From Candidatus Berkelbacteria bacterium (GTDB lineage Bacteria > Patescibacteriota > UBA1384 > CAILIB01): DNA of 64,000 nt. Numbering within the stretch: position 1 is the stretch's first letter; the number at the start of each line of letters is the position of its first letter. The notes beneath the pieces are model-generated. The model did no database searches. It saw nothing but the letters and a program-made list of their open reading frames with translations, and was not told the DNA's origin. The DNA lies in contig JAYUZR010000042.1 of NCBI GenBank assembly GCA_043751595.1, positions 270 to 64,269 of the forward strand, given 5' to 3'. Below, in pieces: positions 55,229 to 64,000 of the stretch. The position numbers and the translations under genes are program-made.

Positions 55229-55270
55229 AGGGCGGGTCGCCTAAACGACCCGCCCCTGCTTTATTTTCTT
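55229..55270. terminator. bidirectional rho-independent terminator
   Basis: gggcgggtcg cctaaa cgacccgccc followed by ctgctttattttctt, between convergent genes. Confidence 0.65.
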
Positions 55271-55980
55271 GACTGCCCACCTTTCTTTCGGTCAGTCAGT
55301 AGCTCGTCTTTGCCCGCCGGCCACCAACTTCCAGGGCACTCGGTTGCGCTTGCATCCTTATGTCCGATCACTTCCTTGATCTTGAATTTCTTTTGATAAC
55401 CGGCGATCAGCTTAGCTACTGCCTTCAGGGCAGCTTGCGTGGGTTTTGAGTCGGCGAAGTTTCCATCAAAGCAGATGGCAATACTCCGCATGTTCTTGCC
55501 CCAATCGCCGCAATTCCAGCCGACCTCGTCGTCCTTCAAGAGCCGTTCGGTGCTGCCGTCAGCCCGCACCATCCAGTGGTAGGCGTAGAACACTTCAATC
55601 TCTTTGCCGTCTACCTTCCGATAGTGGCCCGAGTGGGGCGTCCAACCCTTTACCAGTGGGTCAGGGTCATCGATACCATACCGACCGACGTAGAGCCGCT
55701 GATACTGAAGGTCGGACAACTCCTTCCAGGTCATTCCGCCGGTTCCGGCAGTGTGGTGGACAATGATTAGATCCGTGGGAATCTTTCTTTGTTGTTTCTC
55801 TGCCTCCCAATTCACCCAGCCTTTGGGAACGGGCTTGCCATCTTTATCAACGAACCAGTTAACCTGAGTCTGACTGATATCGCCCGTAGAAGCCGCTGCC
55901 TGACTGACCGTGTTATTGCAGCCAACAAGTGCCGATGCAACCAGCAAGATAATTCCTGCCAGTGTTAAAAACTGTCTCAT
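55261..55980 (-). CDS. N-acetylmuramoyl-L-alanine amidase (Amidase_2/PGRP fold) lipoprotein
   Basis: The start is at ATG 55980, after the SD ggagga. Lipobox LVASALVGC. Amidase_2 core DLIIVHHTAG with Zn ligands (H, H, C near GHKDASATECPG). Confidence 0.75.
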   Translation of the reverse strand: MRQFLTLAGIILLVASALVGCNNTVSQAAASTGDISQTQVNWFVDKDGKPVPKGWVNWEAEKQQRKIPTDLIIVHHTAGTGGMTWKELSDLQYQRLYVGRYGIDDPDPLVKGWTPHSGHYRKVDGKEIEVFYAYHWMVRADGSTERLLKDDEVGWNCGDWGKNMRSIAICFDGNFADSKPTQAALKAVAKLIAGYQKKFKIKEVIGHKDASATECPGSWWPAGKDELLTDRKKGGQSRK

Positions 55981-56081
55981 ACTCTTCTCCTCCCCAAGCG
56001 GGGTTGCGGGCATCAAGATAATGCCAAGGTTCGAACCGGTGTAGCTTTATCAGATTTATTGAAAAATAGCAAAGGCCAACC

Positions 56082-56429
56082 CTACTTCATCGTCCCTAGG
56101 TGGGTATGCTTAAACTTGTCATCGTACTTGAGCCCATATCCGAATAAGCGATCAAAATAGAGGTGCCCAACCAAGATGACACCTGCAGCTTGCAGCCACA
56201 CCACCCCAAGTATCGACCCGGCGATATATACCACTACCGCAACCCCCAAGTGGTGAAAAACGTTATAAGTCGCCGCACCGACTCGAGGGTTAATCAGATA
56301 CCCAATCATGCTCATATCGGGCGCCAAGAAAAACACAGCGTATATCCACCATGGAAGTGGAAGTAGTGAGAAGAGAAATAAGGAAAGCAGCAGTCCTCCG
56401 AGGTATTCAAGCCAGAGAATAGTTTTCAT
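56082..56429 (-). CDS. DUF4260-family small membrane protein
   Basis: 115 aa with 4 TM helices, and an HLYFDRLFGYGLKYDDKF C terminus typical of DUF4260. Confidence 0.5.
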   Translation of the reverse strand: MKTILWLEYLGGLLLSLFLFSLLPLPWWIYAVFFLAPDMSMIGYLINPRVGAATYNVFHHLGVAVVVYIAGSILGVVWLQAAGVILVGHLYFDRLFGYGLKYDDKFKHTHLGTMK

Positions 56430-56514
56430 AGAGTAAGCCTAGACTATTTCATGCTACATTGCAGGCACCTAAGCAACAGGATAGGATTAAGCCACTATTG
56501 GTAATATATTTCCT

Positions 56515-56930
56515 ATGCAGTCCATCTCCCTTATCGGGGTACTGCTGGCCGCGTTGATCGCCTTCCCTATTGGCTACGTCTGGTATATGCCTTCCACCTT
56601 CCTTACGCCTTGGCAGAAAATGACCGGCGTCTCCGATGCAGATATGAAAAAAGGGTTCGGAAAATCAATGGCTGTTATTGGCGTTTTCTCGCTGCTCACC
56701 GCCTACATCCTGGCCCACTTATGGTCTATAGCGCCTTCGCTACCGGCACCACTGGGGTTATGAACGGCCTTGAGACTGCCTTTTGGGCTTGGCTTGGCAT
56801 CTCACTTACTACCACTATTATTGGTGGCGCCATGGAAACCCGCGACGCCAAGGTGATGTACATTGCCGCCGGTAACCGCCTGATTACTCTTTTGGCGATG
56901 GGCGCGGTCCTTGGATTGTTTATGCGCTAA
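56515..56930 (+). pseudogene. DUF1761-family membrane protein gene interrupted by a +1/-1 frameshift near 56719..56722
   Basis: ORF 56515..56763 encodes the N-terminal two-thirds (MQSISLIGVLLAALIAFPIGYVWYMP...AYILAHL). The downstream third (VYSAFATGTTGVMNGLETAFWAWLG...LGLFMR) continues in another frame in ORF 56610..56930. A 1-nt change in ttatgg would restore one 130-aa DUF1761-like ORF. Confidence 0.55.
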
Positions 56931-56948
56931 TCAACGGCTTCGTCTCAC

Positions 56949-56985
56949 AAAAAAACCGCCACCCGTGCAGGGTGGCGGTTTTTTA
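56949..56985. terminator. bidirectional rho-independent terminator
   Basis: aaaaaaaccgccaccc gtgca gggtggcggtttttta. Confidence 0.75.
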
Positions 56986-57924
56986 TCCCATTATTCCTTC
57001 AATCTCCAGAAGGAGTCCGGGACGACAAATCTCATCCCTTAGATAAATCGGATGATCTAGCCCAACCAAGACCTGCTTAATCTCCGCCAAGTCTTCACCC
57101 TTTCGCACATACACCCGGATTGTGTGAAGGTCGGCTATCTCAAAACTGCAGGCCCCTAGGTTTTTTAGTGAGCACAAAGCCTTAAGATTACGCAGCGTCT
57201 CCTCAGCCTGCTCCTTTGCCGTCTCATGCACCGTTTCTTCACCTAGTACGCTAGCAGTACCAGAAATGATCAATTGCCCACTACATAACGATCCCCGAGC
57301 AAAAACAGGCGGAAGCTTGCCGAACTTCCCAGAGTAAGTAGCAGCCGGAACCTGACGGTAGTTTTGGACATGTCGCACCGACTGTCGTGTAAGCAACACC
57401 TGCACAACCAGCGGGCCGGCGTATGCGCCAATTCCGGTTGCTGCTGGATATACTGGCGCGCCAGCTTCATCTTTAGGGCCACGTTCCTGCCAAGCCGCAA
57501 AGCGGCCAGCGTTAAATAAGCGGTAGCGCTCCTGCTCATCCGCCCCCTCAAGAATACGAGGAACATAGTTCCAGATGCGAAGAAGTTGATAATCTGGAAG
57601 CTGCTCCATCAACCGGAATACCTTTTGGTATGCCATCTCTGCAACACTAGAAAGATCAACTACATCATCTTGGCGAACCTCGAAGTAGGCAACCTCTTCG
57701 CAAAAGCGCACGGTTACCCCGTCGATTATCTGTGAAGTTACCACTTCATCTCCCAGCAGAAGTTCGAAGCATTCATCTTGGAGGGGCTCAATCCAAACAG
57801 GATCACAACCAGACTCAACTTCATCACCCTTTTTCACAAACTGGGTAAGTCGCAGTACCTGCTCTTCATGAGACGCCAGTAGCTCTGCCAGCTTAGACTT
57901 GTCACAAAAAATACTTTTAACCAT
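56983..57924 (-). CDS. chorismatase-like (FkbO/Hyg5/XanB2-type) protein: N-terminal extension plus C-terminal RidA/YjgF fold
   Basis: The C-terminal 120 aa aligns with RidA (GSLCSGQLIISGTASV resembles the xITSGQ region; IRVYVRKGEDLAEI; LLLEIEGI at the end). The roughly 190-aa N-terminal domain makes the total length 313 aa, as in chorismatases. Confidence 0.4.
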   Translation of the reverse strand: MVKSIFCDKSKLAELLASHEEQVLRLTQFVKKGDEVESGCDPVWIEPLQDECFELLLGDEVVTSQIIDGVTVRFCEEVAYFEVRQDDVVDLSSVAEMAYQKVFRLMEQLPDYQLLRIWNYVPRILEGADEQERYRLFNAGRFAAWQERGPKDEAGAPVYPAATGIGAYAGPLVVQVLLTRQSVRHVQNYRQVPAATYSGKFGKLPPVFARGSLCSGQLIISGTASVLGEETVHETAKEQAEETLRNLKALCSLKNLGACSFEIADLHTIRVYVRKGEDLAEIKQVLVGLDHPIYLRDEICRPGLLLEIEGIMG

Positions 57925-57926
57925 TA

Positions 57927-58739
57927 TTAGCGTTCAAAATAGAGGCTGACATTATTACTCTTTCCGGCCCACACCTTCATATCTGCAAGATCCAGCTCTT
58001 TCGCAACCAACAAAGCAGACTCTTGATACTGAGCGAGGGTTGGGGCATTTAGGTGGGCTCGTATATACGCTTCTTTTAGATGCTTTTCACCGTCGCGCTG
58101 CTGAGCTGCAGCCACAAAGGCTAGCTGGCCTTCGTTACTCAAGTCATCCACCCGACGAAAGCCATCAATCCTCGTCATACCACCTCGTTGTTTAGTGGCA
58201 AGAACCATCCGCTTTAACGCATCGGCAAGCTCATCTACTCGGTGAATCATATTTCGCGAAGTGGCGAGATCAAACGCAATACCCGAATCTTTGGATACAG
58301 CGAGGGCATTATGCTCAATAATGTGCACCCTTTCGGCTACTTCAAAAAGGATCCTATTCTCCTCAGCGCATTCGATCATGTCTGGAGAAATATCAACTCC
58401 AACCATTCGCGCAGTAGGCAACTCCTTAGCAATGAGCGAAGTTAAGATGGCTGGACCACAACCAAAGTCGATTATTTGCGGGTGCTCAATATGTTTACTA
58501 CGCACAAGCTGGCCGATATCTTTAACCAAAGGCGCATACCTCTCTAGATTTCGTAGAGCTTCTTGATTAAACTCAGATGCCTCCAGGCCAAGAATCGCCT
58601 CATTATCCTGCTTATCGGCAATAGTCTCGCCTCCGGCAACTCTACCCAGCCCCGCCTGCTCCACAACCTGCTCCAGACCCTCCCTTGCGCGCGCAAAGGT
58701 GCGCATATCATCTTGGGTGTATATCTTGAGTTTGTCCAT
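57927..58739 (-). CDS. class I SAM-dependent methyltransferase
   Basis: Motif I IIDFGCGPAILT, acidic post-I residue VGVDIS, and motif II-like region. It is 2 nt downstream of the chorismatase-like gene. Confidence 0.75.
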   Translation of the reverse strand: MDKLKIYTQDDMRTFARAREGLEQVVEQAGLGRVAGGETIADKQDNEAILGLEASEFNQEALRNLERYAPLVKDIGQLVRSKHIEHPQIIDFGCGPAILTSLIAKELPTARMVGVDISPDMIECAEENRILFEVAERVHIIEHNALAVSKDSGIAFDLATSRNMIHRVDELADALKRMVLATKQRGGMTRIDGFRRVDDLSNEGQLAFVAAAQQRDGEKHLKEAYIRAHLNAPTLAQYQESALLVAKELDLADMKVWAGKSNNVSLYFER

Positions 58740-58869
58740 CCTAGTATTCGATAGTTACTGGTACACTTTTTCGACTGTGTCTAACTAATAAGACGTGTAT
58801 ACGAGAAAGTGTGTGATTGGCTGCGTTTTACCCTGATATTAATCAGATATCAATAGCTAAGGAATGCTC

Positions 58870-58919
58870 TTGAGTCTTTTATTGGTGTGATGTATACTAT
58901 GTCTACAAATACAGACATA
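58870..58919 (+). promoter_or_regulatory. promoter and palindromic operator of the first TrmB-like regulator
   Basis: TTGAGT (58870-58875), a 17-nt spacer, TATACT (58893-58898). The palindrome TATGTCT-N8-AGACATA (58898..58919) spans the -10/TSS region and ends in the first base of the start codon. Confidence 0.4.
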
Positions 58920-59689
58920 TGGATACCAGTATACTTTCTTCCCTCAGCGAAGCCGGTCTCTCCGAAAAAGAGGCTCGGGTTTACGTTGCCATGCTCGAGC
59001 TTGGCGAATCAAGCATCATCCCCATTGCACAGCGGGCCGGTATTAAACGCACCACCGTCTATAATTATCTCGATGAGTTTCACCGGCTTGGGCTAATCAG
59101 CGTTACTATTCGCAACCAACGTCAGTTTTATCGCGCCGCCTCCCCCACTCGTCTCCAAGACCTATTACGCGAACGCCTCTCTAAGGTTGAGAGTATCGTT
59201 CCCACTCTGTTCTCACTGTATCAACAAGAAGAAGGCAAGCCTTCGGTTCAGATGTTTGAGGGAGTTGAGGGAATTAAAACAGTTTTCCAACTTTCGCTCG
59301 ATTGTGCCGGTAAAAAGATTGATGCCATGCCAGTACACGCTTCTGGCCATAGCCACGTAGGTGATGCATTTATTACCTCTTACCTTGATCAAACCAAAAA
59401 GAAAAAGATTGCCTACAGAAGTCTTCGCTTAGCTGGAGATGCCGCGGCCTATACCCAGAGTGGATATGAAAAAGTCCTACCCACCCCGGACGATAACCGC
59501 GAGATTCGAGTTGCGCCTGAATGGTTTACACCCGAGAGCCATATCCATATGTACGACGATACGGTAGCAATCTTCTCCCAAACCAAGGAGAAACCGTACG
59601 CAATGCTGATTACCAGCAAGAGCTATCATCAGACGATGCAGCTATTCTTTGAAGCGATTTGGAACCAGTCTTCGGAAGTTACAGCCTAG
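58919..59689 (+). CDS. TrmB-family transcriptional regulator (N-terminal wHTH plus C-terminal ligand-binding-type domain)
   Basis: N-terminal TrmB HTH LSEKEARVYVAMLELGESSIIPIAQRAGIKRTTVYNYLDEFHRLGLISV. 256 aa. One of three paralogs. Confidence 0.7.
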   Translation: MDTSILSSLSEAGLSEKEARVYVAMLELGESSIIPIAQRAGIKRTTVYNYLDEFHRLGLISVTIRNQRQFYRAASPTRLQDLLRERLSKVESIVPTLFSLYQQEEGKPSVQMFEGVEGIKTVFQLSLDCAGKKIDAMPVHASGHSHVGDAFITSYLDQTKKKKIAYRSLRLAGDAAAYTQSGYEKVLPTPDDNREIRVAPEWFTPESHIHMYDDTVAIFSQTKEKPYAMLITSKSYHQTMQLFFEAIWNQSSEVTA

Positions 59690-59692
59690 TTT

Positions 59693-60451
59693 TTATTGCT
59701 CAGAACTTATCTTCCACAATTCCTTAAACCAACTCCTCATACTCTCAGCGTAATCGCGAGAGGTCGTTACCACGCCAAAACTCTCTTTAGCTGTAGTTAC
59801 CACCGCTACGCTATCGCCATAAATAAGAATAACCGAGGGGCTCGTAAAGCCTTCGGGGGCATAGCGAATAGTTCGAAGGAGTTCTTTCGTGCCAACATAT
59901 TCATCGGTCTCTTGCTCACCACTGCGAATCCTAATTGCCCTGGCTTTTATCTGCTTGGCAGCACGCCTACGGATCCAATCTCGCAGAAAGCGATCCCCCA
60001 CTGCGAGAGAGATATTAGTGGTGTTACCCACGTAGCACATCTCATTAATCGGCTGATCAATAATATCGTTGTAAAGATCGCGCAACTCCTCTCCTTTAAA
60101 AACCTGGACTCGTGGCTGGAAGGGACTTGAGCGAAAAAGCTGATTCAGCTCGGGTAGTACTTCTTCTAGTTGCTGAGCCTGCATCTCTAGCTGGGCCCCT
60201 TTTTTTCGGATAAGTGAGATAAGGCTCTTGGGTGAAACCGCGATATAACGCTTATGGGTGGCGTGCTGCACAATTTCAATCAATCCCTTGGTCTGCAGCT
60301 TCTCAAGTACGTATACTAAGGTAGTACGCACAATCCCCGTCTTTTTTACCAGCGGCACAATGGTGCATTCACTTAACTCGAGCGCTGCCAGATAGGTAGC
60401 AATCTCTTTGCCATCCAGACCTAGTTTCTCCAGGGTTTCTTGTAAGAGCAT
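59693..60451 (-). CDS. TrmB-family transcriptional regulator (paralog 2)
   Basis: LDGKEIATYLAALELSECTIVPLVKKTGIVRTTLVYVLEKLQTKGLIEIV, at 252 aa with the same architecture. Confidence 0.7.
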   Translation of the reverse strand: MLLQETLEKLGLDGKEIATYLAALELSECTIVPLVKKTGIVRTTLVYVLEKLQTKGLIEIVQHATHKRYIAVSPKSLISLIRKKGAQLEMQAQQLEEVLPELNQLFRSSPFQPRVQVFKGEELRDLYNDIIDQPINEMCYVGNTTNISLAVGDRFLRDWIRRRAAKQIKARAIRIRSGEQETDEYVGTKELLRTIRYAPEGFTSPSVILIYGDSVAVVTTAKESFGVVTTSRDYAESMRSWFKELWKISSEQ

Positions 60452-60586
60452 ATGACGAACTATTTCGACGTTACATTACAAATATACCAGCAAATACTTG
60501 ATGCTTAAACCTGTTAAAGCTTAAGTAAGCGTTGACGTAAATAGTCATCAAAGCTATAACACCCGCGATTTATTACAGCAACTATC

Positions 60587-61651
60587 ATGCCTCAAGAATA
60601 CCACAACTCATCCGAAGAGCCTCCTACACGTCACGTGCAGGAGCGTCACTCCGTACAACGATATGACAAAATGGGTGAAGTTAGCGAAGAAAGTACTCCA
60701 GCTAATACCTGGGGGCTGATCGAGTGGAATGGCGAAGTTCGCAGCGTCTACCAGGATACGGAGCTTATGCGCATGTTTGTTAATCCGATTCTTACAACCA
60801 AGCCTCACGGAGTAACTCGCTTTGCCGACTTTGGCGGTGCTAACGGCAAAGTGCTTCGAGAAGTATTCACCATGACTAGAGAGGCCCAGCTGCAAGAGTT
60901 GTATGAAGAACAGCTTGCCACAGGCCTGAGTGAAGAAGGGGCACGCAAAGTAGCCGATGACCGATTTTCCAGGGAAGGAATTCTCCCTATCGGTCTCACT
61001 ATCGACGCCGAACTAAAGGTGAAGGACGGCAAGACTACTAGGGCTTGGAATGAGTTCAGGGAAGCTAATCCGGACGACACAAGTCGGGTTTTTGCCAGCG
61101 CCACCGACTACATGCAAGAAGTACCCAATATTGCCCCCGACTCTCTCGACATTGCCCTTTCCCGCTACAGCCTCCAGTACGTTTCTGCAGAAAATCATAC
61201 CGTTTTCTTAAAACGACAGGCCGACCTTGTAAAGCCAGGCGGACAAGTACTCGCCCAGTGGCCAGGTGCCGCTGATGAGCGCAGTGAGGTTATGCTCAAT
61301 ACATTTTGGTCAAACTTTGCCCATATTACCCAGGGGGTAGATCCGGCAGAGTTTTTAACCAGGCAGCACTACCCAACCCTAGAGCAGGTGCAGAAAGCGG
61401 TAGAAGATGCCGGACTTACTATTACATCGCTCGAGTCAGTGCCCAACCTAAAGATCTTCATGTATGAAGAGGCGTTGAGTAATGGGACCAGATTTACTCC
61501 ACTTTCGGAGAGCCAAAAGGCAGACTTGCGAGAATTATATGTCCACCTACACAATGAGTTCCCCGACTTGGTTCACTTTGATGAAGAAACCGATAACTAC
61601 TGGACGAGTATGACGCTTGGCATGCTGGTAGCCGAGAAGCCTACTGAATGA
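60587..61651 (+). CDS. divergent SAM-dependent methyltransferase-like protein
   Basis: Motif I-like TRFADFGGANGKVL, and post-II/III LKRQADLVKPGGQVLAQW, with long insertions, at 354 aa. Confidence 0.45.
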   Translation: MPQEYHNSSEEPPTRHVQERHSVQRYDKMGEVSEESTPANTWGLIEWNGEVRSVYQDTELMRMFVNPILTTKPHGVTRFADFGGANGKVLREVFTMTREAQLQELYEEQLATGLSEEGARKVADDRFSREGILPIGLTIDAELKVKDGKTTRAWNEFREANPDDTSRVFASATDYMQEVPNIAPDSLDIALSRYSLQYVSAENHTVFLKRQADLVKPGGQVLAQWPGAADERSEVMLNTFWSNFAHITQGVDPAEFLTRQHYPTLEQVQKAVEDAGLTITSLESVPNLKIFMYEEALSNGTRFTPLSESQKADLRELYVHLHNEFPDLVHFDEETDNYWTSMTLGMLVAEKPTE

Positions 61652-61663
61652 ATAGCTTATTCG

Positions 61664-62434
61664 CTACGCCACCCAAACCACTTGCTTTACGCTAGCCCAT
61701 AGCCGGGATTGTTCTTTCTCAGGATCACCACCCTCCTTAGTTAGCGCAAGAGCGTAACTTAGCATGCGAGTAACATGCCCGTCGCTTTTCCCAATATAGG
61801 TATAAGGTGAAGCCTGAAGAGCAAGACCGTATCCCTTTTCTTGGCAGAAGGATTGCAACTCTAATACATTCCCGATTAATGCCATCCAGGTTGGCCGGTA
61901 ATCAAGATCTGGCAAAGAATCTAAAAAACTTAGTATCTCATCTGTAATTAACGAGTCCCGGATTGCATCCTCTCTAGCTTTGTAAAAAGGATAGATAAGA
62001 TCGGCCATATCCAGAGTGAGCAGTAGAGCGAAGGAATCAGTACATTGAAGGTTTGTATCAATAGTCTGAGTAATCTCTTGATACTTAGCATATCTAAACT
62101 GGCCCTCAAACCATCTTCCCCCTCCACAGTAATCAAGGTTAATCAGATTATACGGAAAAGCCTGCGTAAAGACCGCTGATTGTAGTAGCTGGTTATAGGG
62201 GCTGCGAAAGATTACTCGACATACCTGTGAAGTAGTGGTCGGATCAAGGGTTACACCATCAACAATCAGATTCACACCATGATTACTCTGTTTTACCTTG
62301 AGCCAATACTCGTCCCTATCTCCCAAGAATTCCAATACCTTCACCACACGCAAAGATGAGAGAAGCTGATTGAGCGCAGGCGCCCACAATGCTTCTCTCA
62401 CCACAGCTTTTTCTTGGGATAAAAAGCGGATCAC
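61664..62434 (-). CDS. hypothetical protein co-transcribed with a methyltransferase (possible degenerate MTase fold)
   Basis: 256 aa. NLINLDYCGGG weakly resembles a glycine-rich AdoMet loop. Its start overlaps the upstream MTase stop by 4 nt. Confidence 0.4.
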   Translation of the reverse strand: MIRFLSQEKAVVREALWAPALNQLLSSLRVVKVLEFLGDRDEYWLKVKQSNHGVNLIVDGVTLDPTTTSQVCRVIFRSPYNQLLQSAVFTQAFPYNLINLDYCGGGRWFEGQFRYAKYQEITQTIDTNLQCTDSFALLLTLDMADLIYPFYKAREDAIRDSLITDEILSFLDSLPDLDYRPTWMALIGNVLELQSFCQEKGYGLALQASPYTYIGKSDGHVTRMLSYALALTKEGGDPEKEQSRLWASVKQVVWVA

Positions 62435-63093
62435 TCTATCTTTTTTACATGGAAGAGTAGAAACGGTGCAACTCCTTTACTGGTACCCTCGTCTCCATAG
62501 AGACGACTTACTTTTTCTAGGGTAAGACCTGCCAGCGCAAAGACCTCTACAAAGTCTCCTTCTGACCAATACCAATCGTCTACTACCAAGCCTTGGCCGA
62601 GGGTAGTTTTTACGCGCGCTCCCGACTCTGGCGGATCGATAAACGAGGTGTGGAAAGAACTAAACTGAACCTCATTAATCTCCAAATAGTTTGAATGAAA
62701 AATGATCAGCGAACCCCCAGGTTGCAGTACCTTGGCAATCTCTTGTATCCAATGAGCCACTTTCCCAAGTGAGTCCATGGTACAAAAGACGTAGTTTGCC
62801 ACCACTGCGGCAAACGTAGCCTCACCCAAGTCGGCAAGAGACTCACCAATTAGGAGAGCCCCTAGGCCGGCCTTGGCAATCATATCCGGAGATTGATCCA
62901 CCCCTACCACTTCATATCCAAGCCTCTGCAAAGTTCGCATAAAATGACCTTCGCCACAGCCAAAATCGAGCACTCGAGCTGAGGGCAAAGGAAGTTCCCT
63001 TACCACCGCCGGATAGCCAATTGTATGCTCGGTAGTTGCTGCGTCACTTACAAATGCCGCAAACTCGTCCGCTACTTTCCCTCGATACTCCAT
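62431..63093 (-). CDS. class I SAM-dependent methyltransferase
   Basis: Motif I VLDFGCGEGHF, VGVDQS, and motif IV-like LQPGGSLIIF. A strong SD aggagg precedes the ATG. Confidence 0.75.
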   Translation of the reverse strand: MEYRGKVADEFAAFVSDAATTEHTIGYPAVVRELPLPSARVLDFGCGEGHFMRTLQRLGYEVVGVDQSPDMIAKAGLGALLIGESLADLGEATFAAVVANYVFCTMDSLGKVAHWIQEIAKVLQPGGSLIIFHSNYLEINEVQFSSFHTSFIDPPESGARVKTTLGQGLVVDDWYWSEGDFVEVFALAGLTLEKVSRLYGDEGTSKGVAPFLLFHVKKIE

Positions 63094-63224
63094 CGTTTTC
63101 CTCCTGTTCGTTGATTGAACGAAGTAGAGATACCGGCTTATCGTGACTTAGTCAAAGGAATGTGATGACAAAGTAGACTCACCTGTGCTATAGATGTGAC
63201 TACGTAACTTCTTACCCTTTAGCA

Positions 63225-63983
63225 ATGGCCGAATCAGATCACAAAGGCGTGATTTCTTCACTTATCTCACTTGGATTATCTCAGCATGAATCCGCTGTGT
63301 ATCTTAGTGTCCTCGCCCTTGGTGAGGTAAGTGCCGGGAAAGTAATTGAAGATGTTCGGCTCCATCGTGAACAAGTGTATCGCGCCCTCAAGCGCCTAGC
63401 AGATGATGGATTGCTAACTACGTATGAACATCAACACAAAGCTTTCTATTCGGCTGTTGAGCCAAGAATTCTGGTTGAGCGAGTACAGGCTAAAGTTGCA
63501 CTCGCGGAATCGGTCTTGCCCTACCTAGAAACACTGCACCAGCGAAAGATGCAGATTATTAAGGTGGGCGAAGGGATTGATTCTCTCGAGGCTCATCTTG
63601 AAGACATGCTCACTAACCTCCCCTGGGGCGGCGAGTACTTAGTAATTAGCGGATATGGCGATCAATTCTACGAACTTGCTAAGGACTATCTGGCAAGGTA
63701 TCACCGAAAGTTTCTTTCTAAGGGATTACGCGGCAGACTGCTACTGGCAAACCAGCCAGAGGGTGAGGGCATTTCTAGCGCTATTCCTTCCGCCTCTTTT
63801 GCTGCCACCACTATTTATGGAGATAAAATGGCAATCGAGATTCTAGATCCGGAAAATCCGGCCATTATCACTATTGAGAATAGTAAGGTTGCCTCCTCCT
63901 ATCGAGATACCTTTGAATCGCTCTGGCGCCACGAAAAAGATATGAGCCGAAAGTGGAAGATTGAAGGCCTTATTCGGGACTAA
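63225..63983 (+). CDS. TrmB-family transcriptional regulator (paralog 3)
   Basis: LSQHESAVYLSVLALGEVSAGKVIEDVRLHREQVYRALKRLADDGLLTT, at 252 aa. Confidence 0.7.
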   Translation: MAESDHKGVISSLISLGLSQHESAVYLSVLALGEVSAGKVIEDVRLHREQVYRALKRLADDGLLTTYEHQHKAFYSAVEPRILVERVQAKVALAESVLPYLETLHQRKMQIIKVGEGIDSLEAHLEDMLTNLPWGGEYLVISGYGDQFYELAKDYLARYHRKFLSKGLRGRLLLANQPEGEGISSAIPSASFAATTIYGDKMAIEILDPENPAIITIENSKVASSYRDTFESLWRHEKDMSRKWKIEGLIRD

Positions 63984-64000
63984 AAGTACTGGGAGTCGCA

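Noticed and set aside
1-64000. CRISPR arrays, tRNA or rRNA genes, integrons, prophage structural genes
   Set aside because: No regularly spaced direct repeats, no cloverleaf-like conserved tRNA boxes in the few intergenic gaps, and no capsid, terminase or integrase genes other than the IS transposase were seen. Absence is by-eye only and should be confirmed with tRNAscan, Infernal or CRISPR finders.

Overview
This is a gene-dense bacterial chromosomal window of about 50% GC with roughly 70 protein-coding genes. I found no rRNA, tRNA or CRISPR array by eye. The ORF track translates GTG and TTG starts as M, so several real starts are internal, and I re-derived those from the sequence. The window contains housekeeping genes (gpmI, pyrG, a DEAD-box helicase with an RGG tail, an ABC-F ATPase, a SulP permease, an RsmB-like methyltransferase, a GlcD-like FAD oxidase and inositol monophosphatase) and three two-component systems. 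It also contains a K+ handling cluster (Kef-type antiporter and a TMEM175-like channel) next to a gene I recognise as a heliorhodopsin, which suggests a monoderm host. Another gene is a 1199-aa cytoplasmic protein built around a lambda-phosphatase-type PPP catalytic core flanked by at least four copies of an unrecognised PGD repeat module. A high-GC, evidently horizontally acquired secreted GH18 gene abuts an intact IS481-family element whose 21-bp terminal inverted repeats I located. The window further holds a PEP-CTERM protein, a membrane-anchored Mrr-like nuclease domain, a VapBC-like pair, an AbrB-like gene translationally coupled to a MacB-type ABC exporter, a DsbD-like CcdA-thioredoxin fusion with a Met-rich thioredoxin, and a frameshifted DUF1761 gene. 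At the right end, a 7-kb block of three divergently arranged TrmB-family regulator and SAM-methyltransferase modules sits next to a chorismatase-like RidA-fold enzyme. The TrmB block and the giant PPP protein are the best candidates for undescribed systems. All calls come from reading the translations and the DNA by eye, with no database searches run.
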